Positions 57,314 to 64,000 of a stretch of DNA of 64,000 nucleotides are shown here, piece by piece. Each line of letters opens with the position of its first letter. Within the stretch, counting starts at the first letter, position 1. This stretch comes from Acidimicrobiia bacterium. Lineage in GTDB: Bacteria; Actinomycetota; Acidimicrobiia; Spongiisociales; UBA5794. Location of the stretch: NCBI GenBank assembly GCA_965216945.1, contig CBDCGU010000003.1, forward strand, positions 309,319 through 373,318, given 5' to 3'. Made by a program: the position numbers and the translations under genes. The notes beneath the pieces are model-generated. The model was not told where the DNA came from. It did not search any database and was given only the letters and a program-made list of their open reading frames with translations.

Positions 57314-58083
57314 TGCGTGACGTCCTCCGCAACTCGTCGCAGGTCGTCGAGGAGCTGCGGGTCGCCGCTGACGGCGAGCCCTTCGGATCCACGGCGACCC
57401 CACAGGAACAGTAGGAGGTCTTCGGCGGCGCCCGACACCACGCTGGTGGGCTGTGCGATGTCGGCGAAGACAAAGGTGGGCTCTTCGTCGAACTCGTTGC
57501 CGGTGTGAGGCGATGTACCCGAGAACGTGACGTGGCGAAGCGTCCAGGTGTGACCCGTGTCGGTTGCCTCGACACGCACCGAGCGATCGCCGAACGACAG
57601 GTCGGCCCACTCCGGATAGCCGGCCATGAACACCCGGATGATCTCATCCGTGGCGTCTCCGGCGAGAGCTGGATCGACGTCGGTGACGACACCGTGAGCG
57701 AGCTCGGCATCGATGCGGTGAACCACGGTCTCGCATGCCATACGTCGAATCCAAAACCCAACCGATTGGTCTTCGGGGTACCAGGTCGCCACCCGCTCGT
57801 CGGGCTCATGGGTCGACAGGACGTCCAGCATCTCGTCGAGACCGGTGCGATACCACGGGATGAGCCCATCTTCCGGAGCTGTCACCGGCTCCGGCATCGC
57901 ATCGATCCACCCGTCCTTGACGATCTCCGTCTTGTGGCGGTGGACGACGCCGGTGTGGCCCACGAGATCGGCGACCGTCCAGCCGGGGCACGATGGCACA
58001 GCAGCCTCGAGACCCAGCTCGGCGGCTGCGGCAAGCCGGTCGCCGTCGTCTCGTATCGCCTGCAGGTATGAGCTTGTGTTCAT
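57310..58083 (-). CDS. Maleylpyruvate isomerase family mycothiol-dependent enzyme (MDMPI)
   Basis: VPSCPGWTVADLVGH, FWIRRMACETVVHRIDAE, LLLFLWGR. Confidence 0.9.
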   Translation of the reverse strand: MNTSSYLQAIRDDGDRLAAAAELGLEAAVPSCPGWTVADLVGHTGVVHRHKTEIVKDGWIDAMPEPVTAPEDGLIPWYRTGLDEMLDVLSTHEPDERVATWYPEDQSVGFWIRRMACETVVHRIDAELAHGVVTDVDPALAGDATDEIIRVFMAGYPEWADLSFGDRSVRVEATDTGHTWTLRHVTFSGTSPHTGNEFDEEPTFVFADIAQPTSVVSGAAEDLLLFLWGRRGSEGLAVSGDPQLLDDLRRVAEDVTQ

Positions 58084-58165
58084 GGCCGGACCCTACCCAG
58101 TGGCCCGATTGGGCGAGCCGGGCCGGGTCCAACGAGACAACCGCACGGCCTGGCTGCGGCAGCGC

Positions 58166-58900
58166 TCAGTCGACCTCTCCCAGGTAGGCGCGCCGCATGT
58201 CCGGGTTGGCCATCAACGCTTCTGCGGTGTCGGCGAGCACGATCCGGCCCGTCATCAAGACATAGCCGTGGTCGGCGATGGACAATGCCATCTTGGCGTT
58301 CTGCTCGACGACGAACACGGTGGTGCCGGCTTCGTTGATCGTCTGGATGATGTCGAAGTTCTGCTGGACCAGCACCGGGGCGAGGCCCATCGACGGCTCG
58401 TCCATCAGCAGCACCTTGGGCTTGGCCATCATGGCCCGACCGACTGCAACCATCTGCTGCTCGCCTCCCGAAAGCGTCCCGGCCTTCTGGTTCAGCCGCT
58501 CCTTGACACGAGGGAAGAGCTCGTAGATGTGCTCGTAGTCCGCTTCGAGGTCGTCTGCGGGATCCCGGAGGTATGCGCCTATCTCGAGGTTCTCGCGCAC
58601 GGTCATGCGCTTGAACAAACGCCGGTTTTCGGGAACCATCGAGACACCTCCGCCCACGATCCGGCTCGTCGGAGCGCCGGTGATCGATTCTCCGTCGAGC
58701 AAGACGTCTCCGGTTGTCGGCGTGACCATCCCCAGGATCGTCTTGAGGGTCGTCGTCTTCCCGGATGCGTTTCCACCCAAGAGGCAGACGATCTCTCCGG
58801 GTCGAATCGATATGTTGACGTCTTTGAGGACGTGGACCGGGCCGTAGTGGGTGTTGACGCCGCGGAACTCGAGAACCGGTGCGGGAGCGGTCTCGGTCAT
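58166..58900 (-). CDS. livF: Branched-chain amino acid-type ABC ATPase
   Basis: GGNASGKT, LFPRVKER, LSGGEQQM, DEPSMGLAP, VEQN. Confidence 0.93.
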   Translation of the reverse strand: MTETAPAPVLEFRGVNTHYGPVHVLKDVNISIRPGEIVCLLGGNASGKTTTLKTILGMVTPTTGDVLLDGESITGAPTSRIVGGGVSMVPENRRLFKRMTVRENLEIGAYLRDPADDLEADYEHIYELFPRVKERLNQKAGTLSGGEQQMVAVGRAMMAKPKVLLMDEPSMGLAPVLVQQNFDIIQTINEAGTTVFVVEQNAKMALSIADHGYVLMTGRIVLADTAEALMANPDMRRAYLGEVD

Positions 58901-59715
58901 GCAAGCTCCTCGACGGCGTCGCTCCCCAGATACGCTTCGATCACATGCGGATCCGTCGACACGTCGTCGTACGTGCCCTCCGAGATCTTGACGCCGTGGT
59001 CGAGCACCACAACTCGATCCGACACATCCCGAACGACACGCATCTCATGCTCGATGACCACGATCGTCAGACCGAGCTCCGTGCGCATCCGCTTGATGAG
59101 CTGTGTGAGCTCCGCTGTCTCGCGGGGATTCATGCCGGCGGTGGGCTCGTCCAGCAGGAGCAGGTTGGGGTCGGTGGCGAGAGCGCGGGCGATCTCGAGT
59201 CGTCGACGGTTTGCGTACGACAGCACGAACGCCGGCTGATCGAACCGGTAACCAACCAGCCGTGAGCCGAAGAACCCCAACGCCTCCTTGGCTCGGGCCT
59301 CGATGGCCTTCTCCTCGCTACGGAATCCGGGCGTCTGGAACAATGCTCCGAGGACCCCCTGCTTGGTGCGGCTGTGCCGGGCAACCATGACGTTTTCGAG
59401 AACGGTCATGTTGGGGAACAGCCGCACGTTCTGGAACGTCCTTGCGATCCCGAGCCGCGTGATCTCGCTCGGCGCAAGCTCGGTGATGTCTTCGCCGTAG
59501 AAGACGATCGTCCCCTCATCGGGAGTCGGCCGGTGCTGCGATGCACCCGTCGACGGCAGCATGCCGGAGATCGCGTTGAAGAAGGTGGTCTTGCCTGCTC
59601 CGTTGGGGCCGATCACGCTGACGATCTCACCCTCAGCGACGTGGAAGTCGATTCCGCCGAGCGCCTGCAGACCGCCAAATGCCTTCTTCAAGCCGGCAAT
59701 CTCGAGGACGTTCAT
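58897..59715 (-). CDS. livG: Branched-chain amino acid-type ABC ATPase
   Basis: FGGLQAL, GPNGAGKTT, ARTFQN, DEPTAGMNP, EAYLG. Confidence 0.93.
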   Translation of the reverse strand: MNVLEIAGLKKAFGGLQALGGIDFHVAEGEIVSVIGPNGAGKTTFFNAISGMLPSTGASQHRPTPDEGTIVFYGEDITELAPSEITRLGIARTFQNVRLFPNMTVLENVMVARHSRTKQGVLGALFQTPGFRSEEKAIEARAKEALGFFGSRLVGYRFDQPAFVLSYANRRRLEIARALATDPNLLLLDEPTAGMNPRETAELTQLIKRMRTELGLTIVVIEHEMRVVRDVSDRVVVLDHGVKISEGTYDDVSTDPHVIEAYLGSDAVEELA

Positions 59716-61580
59716 GATTCGCCGACCGCCGCTGCTGCGGCTTGCTCGGCCTCGGTGAGCTCCTCGTCATCCAGCTTCGTCGACAGCCAAGCGTCCTGCA
59801 GCATCTCCTCGTGATGGAGCTCACGAGATCGGCGGACGCTCGGAATCAAGCCCTCCGGGCGATTGAGCATCATGTACACGAGCAGCGCCCCGTAGATCAG
59901 CAGCTTGAACTCCTGGAACTCCTGCAGCACGCCCGGCTGGGTCGGACCACCGAGGACCCCGACGAGAACGACTGCGCCGACGACGACACCGGGGATGCTG
60001 CCCATGCCACCCACGATCACGACCACCAACACGAGGATCGAGACAAGGAGCTCGAAGCTGCTCGGGAACACCGAGCCGACCTTGAACGCAAACACCATTC
60101 CGCCGAACGATGCAAGCAATGCGCCGGTCACGAAGGCGAGCAGCTTGGCCTTCACCGTGTCGATGCCCATGGCCTCTGCGACGGACTCGTCTTCGCGCAT
60201 CGCCGCCCATGCCCGGCCGATGCGCGACTTCGAGAGCCGCCAGGAGACATAGATGGCGAGTGCGACGAACACCGCCACGACATAGAAGACCGACTGCGGG
60301 CTGGGACCGGAGATGACCACGTCGAACGGCCCCACCTCGGCGCCGGGGATCTGGCGGATTCCCTGAGCGCCCCCGAATGTCGGCGCCAGCCAGTCGGAGA
60401 GGAAGAGCAGGCGCACGATCTCGCCGAACCCGAGAGTCACGATCGCGAGGTAGTCGCCGCGCATCCGTATGACGGGCGTGCCGACGATCAGGCCGGCGAG
60501 AATCGCGACGACCATCACGGCCAGGACGACGAGCCAGCCTTCCCAGGACAGGAAGTCGAGCGTCAGCGCAGGATTCAGACTCGGCGAGATCGGTGACGTG
60601 AGAACTGCGGTTGTGTACGCCCCCACCGCAAAGAACGCGACGTATCCGAGGTCGAGGAGACCCGCATAGCCGACGACGATGTTGAGCCCGAGGGCCATCA
60701 TCAGGAAGAGACCCACGTTGGCGAGCAACTCGTTGACGAGGCTCCCGAGGATCGTCGGGAGCAGAATCATGACGATCGCGATCACGAGACCGGCGACCCA
60801 GCCGAAGCGGCGACGCTGGGCGGGTTGCATCGTCTGCATCTTCGTCTGGTAGCGCTGCATGGAACCTGCGTAGCGCGACGACAAGACCCCGGCGACGATT
60901 CCGACGGCCACCGCGCCGACCACCGTGAGACCGCCGTTGATGTCATACAGGAAGTCCGTGACGAATGACAGCGCAAGCTCGTCGCTGATGTCCTCGACGA
61001 TGCTCTCCAGGATCGCGATGACGAACACCCATGTCAGCGCACCGACGATGCCCCGCCTGACCCGATCGGGGACGACGGCAAGCAGTCCACCGAGGGCTCC
61101 GAGCGCCGCGGAGCCTCCGATCAGCGCGATGGCGGCGAACCCGAGACCGCGACCGAAGGTCAGCAGCTCCGTCAGCGCCGGCGACAGCTTGACGAAGACG
61201 TCGCGGAGATCGAACGCGTTGATGAGGACGGTGAACAGCCACAGGATCACACCACCGACCGCACCGGTGAGCAGGCCGGCTGCAACGTCGCTGCCCGGCT
61301 GGCGTTGTTGGGTGATCCCCTCGAGCTCTTCCTGCTTTGCCGCCTGGTACCCGAATGCAATGGGTACCCAGGCGATGCTGGCATAGCCGAGACTCAATAT
61401 CGGTGCGATGATCAACCGCCGGTCGAACGTCTCCACCATCCCGATGGCACAGATGAAGGCGAGGGTGAGCCCGGTGAGCGATCCCCTCTTGAGCACCGCC
61501 GGCCATTCGATTCCGCCACCACCAGCTCCCGCGACAGTTGCATCCGAACGCGCCGGCGGGGCTTGGGTCTGCGCAGCCAT
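59712..61580 (-). CDS. livM: Branched-chain amino acid-type ABC permease with long N-terminal membrane extension
   Basis: GLNIVVGYAGLLDLGYVAFFAVGAY, RGDYLAIVTLGFGEI, RPEGL. Confidence 0.92.
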   Translation of the reverse strand: MAAQTQAPPARSDATVAGAGGGGIEWPAVLKRGSLTGLTLAFICAIGMVETFDRRLIIAPILSLGYASIAWVPIAFGYQAAKQEELEGITQQRQPGSDVAAGLLTGAVGGVILWLFTVLINAFDLRDVFVKLSPALTELLTFGRGLGFAAIALIGGSAALGALGGLLAVVPDRVRRGIVGALTWVFVIAILESIVEDISDELALSFVTDFLYDINGGLTVVGAVAVGIVAGVLSSRYAGSMQRYQTKMQTMQPAQRRRFGWVAGLVIAIVMILLPTILGSLVNELLANVGLFLMMALGLNIVVGYAGLLDLGYVAFFAVGAYTTAVLTSPISPSLNPALTLDFLSWEGWLVVLAVMVVAILAGLIVGTPVIRMRGDYLAIVTLGFGEIVRLLFLSDWLAPTFGGAQGIRQIPGAEVGPFDVVISGPSPQSVFYVVAVFVALAIYVSWRLSKSRIGRAWAAMREDESVAEAMGIDTVKAKLLAFVTGALLASFGGMVFAFKVGSVFPSSFELLVSILVLVVVIVGGMGSIPGVVVGAVVLVGVLGGPTQPGVLQEFQEFKLLIYGALLVYMMLNRPEGLIPSVRRSRELHHEEMLQDAWLSTKLDDEELTEAEQAAAAAVGES

Positions 61581-62887
61581 CAGGCTCGGTCCTCCGCACT
61601 CAACCGCTCACCCAACAGACCAGAGGGTCTGAAGATCAGCACGAGGAACAGGGCGTAGAACGCCACGACGTCCTTGATCTGGAACAGACCGGGGATCTCC
61701 TGAGTCCATCCGAGGAGGCTGGCGAGGGCTCCCACCAACGCCACCGCCCCCGGCAGGAGGACCTCGTAGCGGCGCGCCGTCAACGCAAACGCAACCGTGA
61801 GGGCACCAAGGATCAGCAGAACCACACCGATCAGCGTTGGGATCTGCCAGCGCAGCCCGAACAGGATGGTCTGCGGTCCGACTGCTTCGAACAGGCCGAG
61901 GGCAAGCCCGCCGACCATTGCGCCGACCATGTTGCCGATGCCGCCGAGCACCGCGGCTGTGAACGCCTTGATGCCAGGCAGGAACCCGGAGACCTGGTTG
62001 ACACCCCGGAAGAGCATCGCAAAGAGCACCGCGGCCACACCGGCCATCGCACCGCCGACGGCAAAGGTTGTGACGATCGTCCGGTCGACATTGATGCCCA
62101 TGAGCGCGGCGATCTCTTTGTCCTCGGCAACTGCCCGCATCGCCCGTCCGGTCTTCGTGCGGTTGACAAACTGGTAGAGACCGACCATCGATACCAAGGC
62201 AACGATGATCACGAGGAGCTTCGTGCCCTCGATCTCGATGAACCCGAGGTTGACCCGCTGGCTCAGACCTTCGGGTACCGGTGGGTAGCTCTTGACGTTG
62301 GGCCCGGTGAGGGCCAGCACTGCGTTCTGCAGGAAGAAAGACACGCCGATCGACGTGATCAGCGGGATCAGCCGGGGGGCGCCACGCAGCGGGCGATACG
62401 CCACCCGCTCGGTGAGAATCGCCACGAGCGTCGACGTGATCACAGCCGCCACGAAGACGATCAGGATCGACACCAGGAAGTTCTCTCCCCAGAACCCGAC
62501 GGGTGCCGTTAGCGGATCTGCTCCGGCCCTCGCCAATCCATCGGCGACGAAATAACCGACGATGGCTCCGACCATGAAGACCTCGCCATGGGCGAAGTTG
62601 ATGAATCCGAGCACGCCGTAGACCATCGAATAGCCGAGGGCGATGAGGCCGTACATGGCCCCCTGGGCGACGCCGGCAACGATGAGATCGCGTAGCTGTG
62701 CACCGGTCAACGTTCCGGGTTCGCCCTGGACCGTGAGCACCACGTAGCCGACGGCACCCCACAGGATGACGAACGCCGAGAAGACCTTGACGGCGAAGAG
62801 GAAGGAGTCCACCCACGTGATCCGCTCCCGCAAGGGTGGCGCCTTGGCCTGGAGCTCCACGGACGATTCGGTTGAGGTCGACGTCAT
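61580..62887 (-). CDS. livH: Branched-chain amino acid-type ABC permease
   Basis: YGLIALGYSMVYG..INFAHGE, KAFTAAVLGGIG, RPSGLLG. Confidence 0.92.
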   Translation of the reverse strand: MTSTSTESSVELQAKAPPLRERITWVDSFLFAVKVFSAFVILWGAVGYVVLTVQGEPGTLTGAQLRDLIVAGVAQGAMYGLIALGYSMVYGVLGFINFAHGEVFMVGAIVGYFVADGLARAGADPLTAPVGFWGENFLVSILIVFVAAVITSTLVAILTERVAYRPLRGAPRLIPLITSIGVSFFLQNAVLALTGPNVKSYPPVPEGLSQRVNLGFIEIEGTKLLVIIVALVSMVGLYQFVNRTKTGRAMRAVAEDKEIAALMGINVDRTIVTTFAVGGAMAGVAAVLFAMLFRGVNQVSGFLPGIKAFTAAVLGGIGNMVGAMVGGLALGLFEAVGPQTILFGLRWQIPTLIGVVLLILGALTVAFALTARRYEVLLPGAVALVGALASLLGWTQEIPGLFQIKDVVAFYALFLVLIFRPSGLLGERLSAEDRA

Positions 62888-63062
62888 GTGTGGGCGATTC
62901 AAGTCGAAGCCGGGTGTCTGCGTCCACTAGGAACGTGCTGGAAGACAGCACAGCGGACTGAACCCAGGATACCTCGGGATGCGTGAAGGTGGATGACGCA
63001 ATGTTGGAACCCCGGCCGGGGGGTCTTGCGCACGCTTGTCATTGCTTGCGTGTGCACGCGAG

Positions 63063-63093
63063 AGGGGCGGCGCCTGCGTGAGGCGCCGCCCCT
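63063..63093 (-). terminator. Hairpin after the substrate-binding protein gene (terminator or mRNA stabiliser)
   Basis: aggggcggcgcct-gcgtg-aggcgccgcccct. Confidence 0.6.
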
Positions 63094-63116
63094 TCGATTG
63101 CTCGGGTTGCCTTGGT

Positions 63117-64000
63117 TCAGCCGCCGGTGATCAGATCGATGAGGTCGGCGCGGGTTGCCGTGTAGACGACATTGTCGCCGACCGTCTCAGGATCACCCAG
63201 GTGCTCGACGACCGAGATGCGCTGGGCACCACAGTCGCCGAACTCGTCACAGGTGATCAGACCGATGATGCCCGGGAAGTCGGCGGTGGCGCTCAACTCG
63301 TCACGCAGTGCCTGGCGATCGATGGTCAAGCTGCCGTCATCACCCTCGATGGCAACGGTATCGATCGCGGTGAGCAGCATGATCGTTGCGTCGTAGGAAT
63401 GTGCCCAGAACGCGGCGCTCGGCAGCTCAGCGAACATCTCTTCGTAGCGGCTCAGGAAGTCGGCGGCCGTCGTTCCTGTGGAGCTCGCATTGCCCTCGAA
63501 GTTCAGATCTGGACCGGAGAAGTACATACCCGTCGACTCAGGCAGGGCGAGGAAGTCGGACACGAGAAGTCCGTCCGCCCCGATCAGCGTGACGTCTTCG
63601 AGACCCGAGACGCCACCGATCTGCTGAACGATGAAGTCACCCTCAGGCTGGAAGATCGGGAAGTAGATCGCCTCCGGCGCAAATCCGGCGACCTCGGTCA
63701 GAACGGGTGTCATGTCGGTGTCACCCTTGTTCACGGCCGTGAACGCCACAACCTCGCCACCGAGCTGGGTGAACGAGTTGGCGAACGCCTGTGCCAAACC
63801 GTTGGTGTACGGATCGCCATCGTGGATCGCGGCCACCTTCGTGAGTCCCAGAGTGTCGAACACGAACCGCGCAACGCCGGCGCCCTGGAACAGGTCGTTG
63901 TGCGCAGTGCGGTAGTAGCCCTCGTTGAAGTCGGTGCCCGCATTGCCCTGCAGGTCGGAGGTCAACGCCGGTGACGTGTTCGACGGCGAGATCATCACCA
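63117..64000 (-). CDS. livK: Branched-chain amino acid-type ABC substrate-binding protein, 3' part
   Basis: ISPSNTSPALT, YYRTAHND, HSYDA, GIIGLITCDEFGD; starts beyond the window end. Confidence 0.88.
   Translation of the reverse strand, partial: VMISPSNTSPALTSDLQGNAGTDFNEGYYRTAHNDLFQGAGVARFVFDTLGLTKVAAIHDGDPYTNGLAQAFANSFTQLGGEVVAFTAVNKGDTDMTPVLTEVAGFAPEAIYFPIFQPEGDFIVQQIGGVSGLEDVTLIGADGLLVSDFLALPESTGMYFSGPDLNFEGNASSTGTTAADFLSRYEEMFAELPSAAFWAHSYDATIMLLTAIDTVAIEGDDGSLTIDRQALRDELSATADFPGIIGLITCDEFGDCGAQRISVVEHLGDPETVGDNVVYTATRADLIDLITGG

Noticed and set aside
1-64000. CRISPR arrays, IS elements, prophage, rRNA, recognisable defence systems
   Set aside because: No regularly spaced direct repeats, transposase, integrase or phage structural motifs, or rRNA sequence seen by eye

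Overview
High-GC bacterial chromosome segment. Gene order and content (mycothiol-dependent MDMPI family, Mec/JAB near rph-rdgB, mreBCD-pbp2-rodA) point to an Actinomycetota, probably Acidimicrobiia-like; this is inference. Most of the window is a minus-strand housekeeping backbone: livKHMGF-arcA-mec-rph-rdgB, six clustered tRNA genes, tig-clpP-clpX, then valS-folC-ndk-mreBCD-mrdA-rodA-rne-rplU-rpmA-obgE-proB-proA-MoxR/VWA-nadD-rsfS-tRNA-Ala-leuS. An accessory block of about 18.5 kb sits between clpX and valS. It holds a phospholipid/polyphosphate cluster, a phasin/HBHA-like HhH protein, a LOV-like PAS-PP2C phosphatase, a lipoprotein serpin and a 19-aa small ORF. The most unusual item is a 1305-aa orphan gene between tRNA-Arg and tRNA-Pro. 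It appears to join the C-terminal HA2/OB module of a DEAH RNA helicase (no motor domains) and two KH-like domains to a transmembrane helix and extracellular SPOR-like and SLH-like domains. I saw no CRISPR array, integrase or transposase. All assignments come from motif recognition by eye, with no database searches.
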